Below are positions 11,362 to 25,170 of a stretch of 64,000 bases of DNA, piece after piece. Made by a program: the position numbers and the translations under genes. Positions within the stretch are counted from its first letter, which is position 1, and every line of letters begins with the position of its first letter. Location: the NCBI GenBank assembly GCA_026936335.1, contig JAPMXV010000029.1:62001-126000 (forward strand), read 5' to 3'. Under the pieces are notes generated by a model. It was not told the DNA's origin and searched no databases. It saw nothing but the letters and a program-made list of their open reading frames with translations. Origin of the DNA: Mantamonas sphyraenae STR306. Lineage: Eukaryota > Protista > CRuMs.

Positions 11362-14300
11362 ATGTCGATTCTGAAGTGTCAGCACCATAGCTGCAACAAC
11401 GAGACAGTGCTCATGGTGTGCTGGGTAACGTCAGCCGAACCTCACGTGTCGCTGGTGTGTCCGACCTGTGTGGCCGACAACGAGTCGATTTCCCTGTACA
11501 CACCACGAACAAAACTACCTGCAAATCTGGGCGAGCCCGAAGGTGACATGCAAGGGTACGCCAACGTCAACGGTGTCAACCCCGCGAAGGTGGCATGCTG
11601 GGTGTCGTCCTATACCACCGCCGTGCGCGCCTCTCCACCTCTGCGAACGTCCATGTGCAAGTACCTTATCGCATGGCTGGAGGCAACGGCAGGCGGGAAC
11701 GACCCGACCCAGTTGGGGCCTGAGCCTGGGGAGCAAGGTAAGCTCAAACCGCACTCAATCCCGCTGACAGGAGAGTGGAGATTGCTCACCCGCCCTCTTT
11801 GCGCCGGCACACACAGACCCCAGCGTCGTCAACACGGCCCTTCTGCGGCAGACCTGGTGCATGGCCATGTTCTGTGACGACGACATGTATGCCGTGGCCT
11901 GCAACGATCTCTTCCTTGCCGCTACAGTGCTGGCAGGCGGCGACGACCTGTGGGGTGACTCGGCAGATTTCCATCACCGCCTCGAGGTCGCATTCGACTC
12001 TGACTTCCCCATCCAGATGTTGCATGGTGGTACCCCCCCGCCAGCGGACGCCGCAGGGGTTGCAAAGCTCGCGATGCAAGAAGCACTCCAGCAGGAGCAG
12101 CAAGTGCCCTTCGGGGTGCTCTGTTTCCAAGGGGAGCACTACACGGCATGGCTTCCACTGGCGGAAGGGAAATTCCGTGTGTACAATGACCTTGCGCAGC
12201 AGCTGACTGACGAGGAGTGGCCCGCGCCTGAGCGTGCGCCCACGGGTTTCAAGCTGGTCTTTCTCAAGTCTCAACCGGAAGAGGATTGGACGTTGCCGTC
12301 TGCCATGGGCACCATGGATCTCGACAACAAATCAAGCGTGTTCCGCAAGCCCATGGCCATCAAGGGCCCGCGAGTTGTGATGCAGAGCAAGGAGAGCTCC
12401 ACCTCAGCTGCTGGAAGGCGTTTGTACGCGCACGCTGCACGGGCTCGAGGGACAACGCCAGCGCCTCAAGGACGGCCACCTTCGACCCGGGTGCAGGTTG
12501 CTGGGTCAACCGCATCTGTGCGTGGGCTCCGTTTCAACCGTGTGCCTGCAAAGCAGACATCAGCGGGCCAGTTTGCATCGCTGCCCACTGCCGGCAAGAC
12601 GCCCGTGACCGCCAAGTGTCTGGACGTGTTGAACGACAACTGGCAACCCCCACCTTTGGCTGACTCTGCTGTCAACGAGGGCGTGGAGGGTGGTGTGCAG
12701 TGTGGCGTCGGTGGGTCGGGGGGAAACTGCCTCGCCACAGTGCACGTTGGCCTCAGCAGCCTCGCCGCTCGCTACTTGCACCTCTCCGACCATACCATCA
12801 CGCATCCCGCCCCGTTTCCGAACATGCTGCCCGTCTCTGGCGTACAAAACCCGTACCAGCACCCACAACCACCCATCATCTGGGGCAATGTCAACACCCA
12901 TCCCCAGCAGCAGCACCACGCGGATGCTCATCAGGGCCACCCATACTACACCCACCCTCCTCCGCCTCCTCCTCAGCCGCGACAAACCGCCCAGGTGCAC
13001 TTTGCTCAGCCTCCGTCGCACCCTCCACCTGCTCAACGCACCACAAACCACAACCGCGTCCCGAAACGCATCAGCCCTGCCTTTGTCGGCATCACACGGA
13101 CCACATCCACCACCACATCGTCGTCCTCCTCCCACCAGGCCACACGGCAGACTGGAGACAGCGACGACGACGCAGAACAGGACACACACATACTTGACAA
13201 CGTTGACGTGGAGGACCTGATGTTCCTGAACTTTGGCCACATTGAGCCACTGTCCATCTCTAGCAACCCAGAGTGGATGACCACCTCATGGATGGAGGCG
13301 TACGAGGTAGACGGCGAGGCAACCCAGCAGCACGTGGACGACGAGGTGGAAACTGGGGGTTCATTCAGGTTTGCAGACACCGGTGATGCCATGGATGAGG
13401 AGTACATGCCGCAAGACGACAGCGACGACGACACAGACGACATGGAGCAGGAGGGCGCGGACGAGTGGCAGCCGAGACGCACGAGACGAGGCCGCGCACA
13501 ACGACGCAGAGGCCACATCAACCGTCGTACTGGCAGTGGCACCGAGACAGGAACGTCGAGCACACGGGCAAGGAGGGCCAAGAACGGAGACACCGGCGCA
13601 CGGAAGAAAACAGGCGTGAACAAGGAGAACAAGTTGCCAGATGGTGTTGTGCGCAAAGGGTGGACAGCGAGAATCAGTGACGAGCGCAGCCACAGCAACA
13701 AGAAGGAGCACACGGGACTGCTGAAGCACATGCGTACCTTGGCCAACGAACATCCCATCGACGACATCCCCGACCTCATGACCCTGCAGGCGCGTGTTGT
13801 GGTCTGCCATGGCACCCTGAACACGCTGGTCCGACAGATTCAGCTCGCTCTGGGCAACATTCCTCTCTCCAAGGGCGACATGGCCTTGTGCCTCACGCTC
13901 CTCGGCCGTGACGTGGATCAACATGCGTGCAGTGCTGCCATCCGTGACTCTGGTCTGGCCACGGGTGTGACAAAGGCTGGGTTGAAGGTGTGCTGGCTGG
14001 AGGAGCCACACGACTACGGCGACCCCAGCTACGCCCTCCTCCACCTGCTCATGACAGAGATGGACACTCTCGGCCACAGGCCCCATCCCACCACCTGGAA
14101 GGAGCACAAGCAGACCCGGCTGTCGCTGCAGGAAGCACGACGCCCTGCTGACAACGACAGCGACCCACACTGGACACAGTGCGACTACGACCACCACCTC
14201 ACCACCGCCGAGGTGGAAGAGTGGCATCCAGAGTCTGTGCGCAGTGGCTGGGCAAGGCACAATCCCAACGACGAGCGTGGCAGCTGCACGACGCGGGAGT

Positions 14301-17300
14301 TCCAGACGCTGCTGGCACACATGAAGGCACGCGCAGCCAAGCACCCTCGCCATCAGCACGCACACGAGCTCCGTGCACTTCGTGAGCTGATCAACAACGG
14401 CAGTGTGAACTCCCTGGTGCGACACATCGTCCTGGCGCTGGGCAACGTTGGCGTGCCGCCTGTCGACCTGGCCTTCTTTGTCCGCCTCCTCAGGCCACAC
14501 CTCACCTACCAGCAGGTGGTTGGTGCCATCAACCACACCCTCAGCCGCGGGGTCACCTCCCTCTCCCTCAAGATCGCCTGGCTCGACAACCCCAAACGCG
14601 ACGACGCCACACTGCACACCCTCGTCCACACCCTCATCGACCGCATCACACCCCACATCACCGCACGCCCCACCACTGTCGACGCCGTCAACGCCCTCGA
14701 CATCCCTGAACTTGTTCTGCCCGAAGCAACAGAGGAGGAGATGATGGCCGCTGAGGATGGACTGCCAGATGGCGTTGTGCGCAGTGGCTGGAAGAGGTGG
14801 CGCAGGAACGACCGCAGCCACAGCAACAAGAAGGAGCACACGGCACTGCTGAAGCACATGCACACTCTGGCCAACGAGCATCCTCTCGACAGTATCCCAG
14901 ACCTCATGAACCTGCAGGCGCGTGTTGTGGTCTGCCATGGCACCACGTTGACGCTGATCCGACAGATTCAGCTCGCTCTGGGCAACATTCCTCTCTCCAA
15001 GGGTGACATGGCCTTCTGTCTCACGCTTCTCGGCCGTGACATGGATCAAAATGCGTGCAGCATTGCCATCAACTACGCTGGTCTGGCCATGGGTGTGACA
15101 GAGGCTGGGTTGAAGGTGTGCTGGCTGGAGGAGCCACACGACCACGGCGACCCCAACTATGCCCTCCTCAACCTGCTCATGACAGAGATGGACACGCTTG
15201 GCGACAGGCCCCATCCCACCACCAGGGAGGAGCACAAGCAGACCCGGCTGTGGCTGCAGGAAGCACGACGCCCTGCTGACAACGACGGCGACCCACACTG
15301 GACACAATGCGACTATGACCACCACCTGAACACCACCGAGGTGGAAGAGTGGCATCCTGAGTCTGTGCGCAGTGGCTGGGCAGCGCAGAATTCCAGCGAC
15401 GAGCGTGGCAGCTGCACGGGGCGGGAGTTCCAGACGCTGCTGGCACACATGAAGGATCGCGCAGCTAAGCATCCTCGCCATCAGTACACACATGAGAACC
15501 AGGCACTGCGTGAGCTGATCATCCACGGCGACCTGGAGTCCCTGCTGCGACACATCATCCTGGCACTGGGCAACGTTGGCGTGCCGCCTGTCGACCTGGC
15601 CTTCTTTGTCCGCCTCCTCAGACCACACCTCACCTACCAGCAGGTGCAACAGGCCATCAACCACACCCTCACCCGCGGCGTCACCTCCCTCTCCCTCAAG
15701 ATCGCCTGGCTCGACAACCCCAAACCCAGCGACGCCACACTGCACACCCTCCTCCACACCCTCATCGACCACATCACACCCCACATCACCACCCGCCCAA
15801 CCACCACCGCACTCGTCAACGCCCTCGACATCCCCGAGCTTGTTCTGCCCGAGCCCACCGAGGAGGAGTTGATGGCCATGGAGGGACTGCCAGACGGTGT
15901 TGTGCGCAGTGGCTGGAAGAGGTGGCGCAGGCGCAGCCACAGCAACAAGAAGGAGCACACGGCACTGCTGAAGCACATGCACATTCTGGCCAACCAGCAT
16001 CCTACCGACGACACCCCAGACATCATGAACCTGTACGCCCGCGTTGTGATCTGCAATGCATCCATGTCCGGGCTGGTCCGACAGATTCAGCTTGCTCTGG
16101 GCAGCATTCCCCTCTCCCAGGGCGACATGGCCCTCTTCCTCACCCTTCTCGGCCGTGACATGGATCAACAGGCGTGCAGTGCTGCCATCATCGGCGCTGG
16201 TCTGGCCACGGGTGTGACAGAGGCTGGGTTGAAGGTGTGCTGGCTGGAGGAGCCACGCGACCACGGCGACCCCGACTATGCCCTCCTCCACCTGCTCATC
16301 ACAGAGATGCGCACTCTCGGCGACAGGGCCCATCCCACCACCTGGAAGGAGCACAAGCAGACCCGGCTGTGGCTGCAGGAAGCACGACGCCCTGCTGACA
16401 ACGACAGCGACCCACACTGGACACACTGCGACGATGTCTCGCCGCCCACCACCGACGTGCGCTTGCGACGCAATAGCAAGTCGGCACTTCTCAGAATTGC
16501 GCGCAAGATGGCGGAAACGAATACTCCCGTCCAACCCGAAGTCTGGCTGGTCGACTGTGGGTACTATACGTTCCTCACGCTCAGGCGTATGCATTGGGGT
16601 ACCCTTGCAGAGACCCCCAAAACGCGCGTGGAAAACGCCATGAAATCATTGCAGGCTGAGCTCGACCACAGGCTTGAGCCCTGCCCACGCGAGGCCATCT
16701 TCTTTACCGAACATCCCGGGACGGACGATGACCTGCTGCTGCTGTGCGGCGGCGCGGGATACAAGAGCCGATCTTGGTTCGTGGACCTCATGAGACGTAT
16801 GGCGAATGGCATTCGCAAGAATGGCCCTCGCGATCTCCTTAAACAAAGCAAGGCGATTCGGTACAGGCTTTGTGCCGCTGCCTTGGTCAATTCCGGGAGG
16901 AGTGTCATGGTGCCTGAGGACCAATCGCGTATGGCAGAGGCAGACACATTGCTGGTCGACTGGATCGCCACGGAGGTGTCCGACGATGTCGCCTGCTTGG
17001 GTGTCGTGGCTGAGGACAGCGACGATCTGACATGCGTGGCGAGTGCCGGCCTCTCGCGGCCGTTGGTTTATCGCAGCGCGAGAAACCCAGAGGAAAGCCT
17101 TTCGCTGACGACAGAGGACCAGCAACGGCTCCTCCATCTCTCGTTGCTGGCACTGACGGATGTGCCTCATCCGGATGACTGGAGTGAAGAGCAAGAGGTG
17201 CTACGTTTTATGCGGGCACATCTGTACGAAAGCAGCGCATTGGATGTCCAGCTCCCAGACACCGCCTACGTTGCCGAGAACCGCCGCAATCGTCACGCCT

Positions 17301-20300
17301 TCGACAACAACAAGAGTCGCAAGAGAGACCGTCCAGTCCCCTTGACCAAAAAGCGCGCCAAGCAGGAGGTGGACGCGGTGGAGATATTGGTTGAGGCCTA
17401 CAACCGGGCAAGCGACAAAAACATGCCTGGCTGCACTGAAGACGACTCTGGACGAGTACGAGGAGAATCATGCTGACCTGGACGTGTTGAAGAGATTTCT
17501 GAATCGGAAAAGCCAAGGATGGAATCAATCAGTCCCCGAGGGCGAGCTGGTAGGCTTGGAGGGGGTGACGTTGCTTCTGGGTGTACGAACTGCCCTGAAG
17601 ATTCTGGGCGGGGTCCGGCCAAAGAAGGTTGCGAACTTGGCAGCGACGATCTGCAATGAGGCCTTTGACCGTGGCGAGTATGGCCCTCTGGAACTGCATC
17701 CCTATTTTCTGATGAACAAGGTGTTGGAGCAAGAGAAGAGGAAGCGCAAGAACGAACAGGAGGAGGATGAGGAGGGAGGAGAGGTGGAGAAGAGGCAACG
17801 TGTGGAGGAGGTGTGTCCCCTTTCATCTTCCCAGAGCTACGGGTACATGGTCCCTCCCATGGCTGCCCAGCCGTTTCCGAACACGCTGCCCGTCTCTGGC
17901 GTACAAAACCCGTACCAGCACCCACAACCACCCATCATCTGGGCCCCTGTCAACACCCATCCCCAGCAACACCACGGATACGCTCATCAGGGCCACCCAT
18001 ACTACGCCTACCCTCCTCCGCCTCCTCCTCAGCCGCGACAAACCGCCCAGGTGCACTTTGCTCAGCCTCCGTCGCACCCTCCGCCTGCTCAACCCACCAC
18101 GAACCACAACCGCGTCCCCAAACGCATCAGCCCTGCGTTTGTCGGCATCACACGGACCACATCCACCACCACATCGTCGTCGTCTTCCCACCAGGACATC
18201 CGGCAGACTGGAGACAGCGACGACGACGACGCATACCAGGACACACACACACATGACACTGGTGACGTGGAGGACCTGATGTTCCTGAACTTTGGCCACC
18301 TTGAACCACTGTCCATCTCCAGCAACCCAGAGTGGATGAGCAGCTCATGGATGGAGGCGTACGAAGAAGACGGCGAGGCATACGACCCAATCTTGCTGCA
18401 CATGGACGACGAGATGGAAACTCAGGGCGCACTCAGCTTTGCAGACACTGGTGATGCCATGGATGAGGAGTACATGCCGCAAGACGACAGCGACGACGAC
18501 ACAGACGACATGGAGCAGGAGGGCGCGGACGAATGGCAGCCGAGAGGCAACGGTAGAGGGCACGCTCGCCGTCGTACTGGTCCACAGAAGATGAAAGGCA
18601 GCGGACAGCGCAGGCGCAGGGTCACGGCTGGCAGTGGCACAGAGACAGGAACGTCGAGCAAACGGGGAAGGAGGGCCAAGAACGGAGACACCGGCGCACG
18701 GAAGAAAGCAGGCATGAACAAGAAGATCAAGTTGCCAGATGGTGTTGTGCGCAGTGGCTGGACAATGGGACACAGTGACGAGCGCAGCCACAGCAACAAG
18801 AAGGAGCACACGGCACTGCTGAAGCACATGCACACCCTGGCCAATGAGCATCCCATCGACAACATCCCAGACCTCATGACACTGCAAGCGCGTGTTGTGG
18901 TCTGCCATGGCACTACGACCACGCTTGTCCGACAGATTCAGCTTGCTCTGGGCAACATTCCCCTCTCCCAGGGCGACATGGCCCTCTGCCTCACCCTTCT
19001 CGGCCGTGACATGGATCAACAGGCGTGCAGCGTTTCCATCATCAACGCTGGTCTGGCCACAGGTGTGACAGAGGCTGGGTTGAAGGTGTGCTGGCTGGAG
19101 GAGCCACACGACCACGGCGACCCCAACTATGCCCTCCTCAACCTGCTCATGACAGAGATGGACACTCTCGGCAACAGGCCCCATCCCAGCACCTGGAAGG
19201 AGCACGAGCAGACCCAGCTGTTGCTGCAGAAAGCACGACGCCCTGCTGACAACGACAGCGACCCACACTGGACACAGTGCGACTACGACCACCACCTCAC
19301 CACCGCCGAGGTGGAAGAGTGGCACCCTGAGTCTGTACGCAGTGGCTGGAGCAGGGGAACTCCCAGCGACGAGCGTGCCAGCTGCACGGCGCAGGAGTAC
19401 CAGTCGCTGCTGGCACACATGAAGGCACGCGAAGCCAATTATCCTCGCCATCAGCACGCACACGAGCTCCGTGCACTTCGTGAGCTGATCAACAACGGCG
19501 ACCTGAATTCCCTGCTGCGACACATCGTCCTGGCGCTGGGCAACGTTGGCGTGCCGCCTGTCGACCTGATCTTCTTTGTCCGCCTCATCAGGCCACGCCT
19601 CACCTGCAAACAGGTGCAAAAGGCCATCACCACCATCCTCACCCGCGGCGTCACCTCCCTCTCCCTCAGGATCGCCTGGCTCGACAACCCCCGACCCAGC
19701 GACGCCACACTGCACACCCTCCTCCACACCCTCATCGACCGCATCGCACCCCACATCACCACCCGCCCCACCACCACCGCACTCGTCAACACCCTCGACA
19801 TCACCGCGCTTGTTCTGCCCGAGCCAACGAAGGAGGAGGAAGTGGTGGCCGTTGAGGATGGACTGCCAGATGGCGTTGTGGGCAGTGGCTGGACCAACTG
19901 GCGCAAGAGCGAGCGCATGCACAGCAACAAGAAGGAGCACACGGCACTGCTGAACCATATGCACAGCCTGGCCAACGAGCATGCCATGGACGACATCCCA
20001 GACCTCATGACCCTGCAGGCGCGTGTTATGGTCTGCCATGGCACCCTGACCACGCTCGTCCGACAGATTCAGCTCGTTCTAGGCAACATTCCCCTCTCCC
20101 AGGGCGACATGGCCCTCTGTCTCACCCTTCTCGGCCGTGACGTGGATCAAAGCGCGTGCAGACTCGCCATCCAGAGCGCTGGTCTGGCCATGGGTGTGAC
20201 AAAGGCTGGGTTGAAGGTGTGCTGGCTGGAGGAGCCACACGACCACGGCGACCCCAACTACGCCCTCCTCCACCTGCTTGTGACAGAGATGGACACTTTC

Positions 20301-23300
20301 GGCAACAGGCCCCATCCCACCACCTGGAAGGAGCACAAGCAGACCCGGCTGCGGCTGCAGGAAGCACGACGCCCTGCTGACAACGACAGCGACCCACACT
20401 GGACACAATATGACTACGACCACCACCTTGCCACCGCCGAGGTGGAAGAGTGGCATCCTGAGTCAGTGCGCAGTGGCTGGAGCAAGACCGGAGACGAGCG
20501 TGGCAGCTGCACGGCGCGGGAGTTCCAGACGCTGCTGGCACACATGAAGGCACGCGCAGCCAATTATCCTCGCCATCAGCACACACACGAGCACCAGGCA
20601 CTGCGTGTGCTGATCAACAACGGCAGCAAGCTGTCTCTGGTGCGACACATCATCCTGGCGCTGGGCAACGTTGGCGTGCCGCCTGTCGACCTGGCCTTCT
20701 TTGTCCGCCTCCTCAGGCCACACCTCACCTACCAGCAAGTTCAACTTGCCATCAGCGCCACCCTCAGCCGCGGTGTCACCTCCCTCTCCCTCAAGATCGC
20801 CTGGCTCGACAACCCCCCACCCAGCGACGCCACACTGCACACCCTCCTCCACACCCTCATCGACCGCATCACACCCCACATCACCACCCGCCCCACCACC
20901 ACCGACGCCGTGAACACCCTCGACATCCCCAAGCTTGTTCTGCCCGAGCCCACAGAGGAGGAGACGATGGTCGTGGAGGGTGGACTGCCAGATGGCGTTG
21001 GGCGCAAGAGCGAGCGCAGCCACCAAGGCACACGGCAGACTGGAGACAGCGACGACGACGACGCAGACGAGGACACACAAACACATGACACTGGTGACGT
21101 GGAAGACCTGATGTTCCTGAACTTTGGTCACCGTGAACCACGGTCAATCTCCAGCGTCTCATCATGGATGGAGGCGTACGGAGAAGACGGTGTGGCAAAC
21201 GACACAACTCAGCAGCACGTGGACGACGTGTTGGACCTCCAGGACCCACTCAGCTTTGCAGACACTGGTGATGCCATGGATGAGGAGTACATGCCGCAAG
21301 ACGACAGCGACGACGACACAGACGACATGGAGCAGGAGGACACGGACGAATGGCAGCCGAGGCGCACAAGTAGAGGCCACACGCGACGACGCAGAGCCCA
21401 CAACAGCCGTCGCAAGGGTCCACACACGATGAAAGGCAGCGGACAGCGCAGGCGCAGGGTCACGGCTGGCAGTGGCACAGAGACAGGAACGTCCAGCACA
21501 CGGGCAAGAAGGGCCAAGAATGGAGACAACGGTGCACGGAAGAAAGCAGGCGTGGACAAGACGAATAAGTTGCCAGATGGTGTTGTGCGCAAAGGGTGGA
21601 CAACAGGACACAGTGACGAGCGCAGCTACAGCAACAAGAAGGAGCACACGGCACTGCTGAACCACATGCACACCCTGGCCAACGAGCATCCCATCGACGA
21701 CATCCCAGACCTCATGACCCTGCAAGCGCGTGTTATGGTCTGCCATGGCACCCTGACCACGCTTGTCCGACAGATTCGGCTCGCTCTGGGCAACGTGCCG
21801 CTCTCCCAGGGCGACATGGCCCTCTGCCTCACCCTTCTCGGTCGTGATGTCGATCAACAGACATGCAACAGTGCCATCCACGACGCTGGTCTGGCCATGG
21901 GTGTGACAAAGGCTGGGCTGAAGGTGTGCTGGCTGGAGGATCCACTCGACCACGGCAACCCCGACTACGCCCTCCTCCACCTGCTCATGACCGAGATGGA
22001 CACTCTCGGCAACAGGCCCCATCCCACCACCTGGAAGGAGCACGAGCAGACCCGGCTGTCGCTGCAGAAAGCACGACGCCCTGCTGACAACAACAGCGAC
22101 CCACACTGGACACAGTGCGACTACGACCACCACCTCACCACCGCCGAGGTGGAAGAGTGGCACCCTGAGTCTGTACGCAGTGGCTGGAGCAGGGGAACTC
22201 CCAGCGACGAGCGTGCCAGCTGCACGGCGCGGGAGTTCCAGACGTTGCTGGCACACATGAAGGCACGCGCAGCCAAGCACCCTCGCCATCAGCACACACA
22301 CGAGCTCCGTGCACTTCGTGAGCTGATCAACAACGGCGACCTGAATTCCCTGCTGCGACACATCGTCCTGGCGCTGGGCAACGTTGGCGTGCCGCCTGTC
22401 GATCTGGCCTTCTTTGTCCGCCTCATCAGGCCTCACCTCACCTACAAGAAGGTTCAAGTTGCCATCACCGCCACCCTCACCCGCGGCGTCACCTCCCTCT
22501 CCCTCAAGATCGCCTGGCTCGACAACCCCAAACCCAGCGACGCCACACTGCACACCCTCCTCCACACCCTCATCGACCGCATCACACCCCACATCACCAC
22601 CCGACCCACCACCACCGACGCCGTGAACACCCTCGACATCCCCGAGCTTGTTCTGCCCGAGCCAACGAAGGAGGAGGAAGTGGTGGCCGTTGAGGATGGA
22701 CTGGCAGATGGCGTTGTGCGCAGTGGCTGGACTCGCTGGCGTAGCGACGAGCGCAGCCACAGCAACAAGAAGGAGCACACTGCCCTGCTGAAGCACATGC
22801 ACACCCTGGCCAACGAGCATGCCATGGACGACATCCCAGACCTCATGACCCTGCAGGCGCGTGTTATGGTCTGCCATGGCACCCTGACCACGCTCGTCCG
22901 ACAGATTCAGCTCGTTCTAGGCAACATTCCCCTCTCCCAGGGTGACATGGCCCTCTGTCTCACCCTTCTCGGCCGCAACATGGATCAACATGCGTGCAGC
23001 AAAGTCATCATCAAGGCTGGTCTGGCCACAGGTGTGACCAAGGCTGGGTTGAAGGTGTGCTGGCTGGAGGAACCACACGACCACGGCGACCCCAACTACG
23101 CCCTCCTCCACCTGCTCATCACAGAGATGAGCACTCTCGGCGACAGGGCCCATCCCACCACCTGGAAGGAGCACGAGCAGACCCAGCTGTTGCTACAGGA
23201 AGCACGACGCCCTGCTGACAACGACAGTGACCCACACTGGACACAATGCGACTACGACCACCACCTTGCCACCGCCGAGGTGGAACAGTGGCATCCCGAG

Positions 23301-23864
23301 TCAGTGCGCAGTGGCTGGAGCAAGTCGCGGGGTGACGCGACCGACGAGCGTGGCAGCAGCACGGCAAGGGAGTTCCAGACGCTGCTTGCACACATGAAGG
23401 CACGCGCAGCCAAGCACCCTCGCCATCAGCACACACACGAGCACCAGGCACTGCGTGAGCTGATCAACAGCGGCAGTCTGCTGTCCCTTGTGCGACACAT
23501 CATCCTGGCGCTGGGCAACGTTGGCGTGCCGCCGGTCGACCTGGCCTTCTTTGTCCGCCTCCTCAGGCCACACCTCACCTACAAGCATGTGCAAGGTGCC
23601 ATCAAGGACACCCTCACCCGTGGTGTCACCTCCCTCTCCCTCAAGATCGCCTGGCTCGACAAACCCCAACCCAGCGACGCCACACTGCACACCCTCCTCC
23701 ACACCCTCATCGACCGCATCACACCCCACATCACCACCCGCCCCACCACCGTCGAACTCGTCAACGCCTACCCCATCCCCGCCTTCACCCTGCCCAAGCG
23801 CAAAGACCCTTCCTCCTCCTCCTCCTCCTCCTCCTCCTCCTCCAAACGCCAGCGCCTCGAATGA
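11362..23864 (+). CDS. Giant modular protein copy 1 (~4140 aa): Cys-pair N-terminus, USP-like protease, P/Q-rich, acidic and basic modules, 13 variable A/B repeats, FEN1/XPG-like nuclease, NLSs; intron 11738-11816, +1 frameshift at 17417-17421
   Basis: ORFs 11362-11877 and 11861-17476 join via a g|gtaagc...acacag| intron (gives GEQDPSVV). ORFs 11861-17476 and 17391-23864 join via an A5 tract that is A4 in the paralog (36161-36164). Colinear with the uninterrupted ORF 32568-42176. Confidence 0.85.
11548..12270 (+). other. Divergent, compact USP/UCH (C19-like) cysteine protease domain within giant gene 1
   Basis: Cys box-like GYANVNGVNPAKVACWVSS; QQD box-like GEQDPS (formed by splicing); His box-like GVLCFQGEHYTAWLPLAEGKFRVYNDL. 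Confidence 0.6.
13631..23790 (+). repeat. Coding tandem repeats: 7 A-type and 6 B-type units (AB period about 1128 nt / 376 aa) in three blocks
   Basis: A units (LPDGVVRSGW...) start near 13634, 14762, 15887, 18732, 19863, 21570, 22701. B units (WHPESVRSGW...) start near 14222, 15349, 19320, 20450, 22158, 23289. Confidence 0.97.
16500..17230 (+). other. FEN1/XPG-family (PIN-like) nuclease domain within giant gene 1
   Basis: Ordered motifs VWLVDCGYYTFL, AIFFTEHPG, MAEADTLL, GVVAEDSDDL, LSLLALTDV match the AID, VFDG, EAE/EAD, TEDxD and LLGxD motifs of FEN1/XPG. Confidence 0.7.
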
Positions 23865-25016
23865 ACCCCCCTCTTCCCATTCCCATCCACTCCATCATTT
23901 GCTGCCCTTCACACATCGAATTCCGTTCCCTTCTTCACACAGTGCCTCGATCCGAAGCCCCGGTTTCCGACCCCACAGACACCGAAGTGATCATCTTGGA
24001 TTGTCCCCTGCTCAGCATCGACATCGCCGTCACGTTGGTGGTGCTGCTGGTGTTGGTGTTGTTTGCGCTGTTGCTCATCACCGTCGCGATGTTGATGTTG
24101 GTGTTGGAGCCCATTCTGCACTCCTCGTCCTCGTCCTGTCACCCGACGCGTTTACCCATGCACTGCCACCTTGCAAATGACACCCTCTCGTCCCAATCAC
24201 GCTCATCACCTGAAGAATGCCCCCATTCTGGAATGTGTGTGCCTTGTTGTGCCACAGGGCGCACCAAGTCGACCCTGATCCATATGACAAACACAGAGGC
24301 CGTGATGACCCACACGACACACACGGGTCAATTGATGCATGCTGCCCGATCGCAGCCAAATGTTCGCACGCAGGGTGTCCAAGCGAGGAGGCACCTCGCT
24401 AGGACGAAGCTTTCGTAGGGGCACTGCACGTCACTGATCATCATAACACGATACATCCTCGACACGACGTGGCTGTGGGTGCCAGTTTGCATGCGACCCG
24501 GTCGTGGCATGGCAGGAACACATCGTCCTCGTCATCACTCTAGATCAACGGCACAGCCGCTGTCGTGCAGCGATGCAGCATGTCCACAGCCACTGTCAGT
24601 GCTGAGAGGTCGTTCTTGGAGACCAGGAGCAAGCTGAACAAGCGTGAGGAGGGCCTGGAGAGCTTGCGCGACCGTGTAGAGTCGTTGTCCGCAGAACTTG
24701 GTCAACCGTTGCGCCCCACCATGCCTCCAGCCCACCCTTGACCCTCTTCCACCACCACCACCACCACCACACATGCATGAATCACACCTTTCCTCTTCAC
24801 TTTACGACCCCCACACCTCCCTCGTCCTCCCAGGAGCGCCTGCCACGACGTGCCATCATCATCGGTTGGCCCTTGTCTGCCTCCACGGCCCATACATGCC
24901 CTCTTTCCCAGTGCATCCACGACCTGTTCCCATTCTCCAGAGTGTTGCACACAACATTCTGTCTTTCTATTGCCGGATACTGTACTGTAGCTGGACCTTT
25001 CTCCACCCCGCGGAGA

Positions 25017-25170
25017 TCACTCGCCCTTCCTCTGCAAATACGCAGGTCGGACGCCAATCAAACAATACGACAGTGCCACCAGTCCGATGTTCAACGCACC
25101 GTTCTCGTCTCTGTCCATGCAGCGCCCACTGTCCTGGGTAGCAGCAAAAGTGGCCAACGCATCTCCCCGG
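25017..25170 (-). pseudogene. Fanzor/TnpB C-terminal remnant (RuvC-III region)
   Basis: GRCMDRDENGALNIGLVALSYCLIGVRPAYLQRKGE* matches the DRDxN(A/G)AxNI motif and the G-x-RP-x-x-L-x-R tail typical of Fanzor1. Upstream sequence is not recognisable in frame. Confidence 0.75.
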
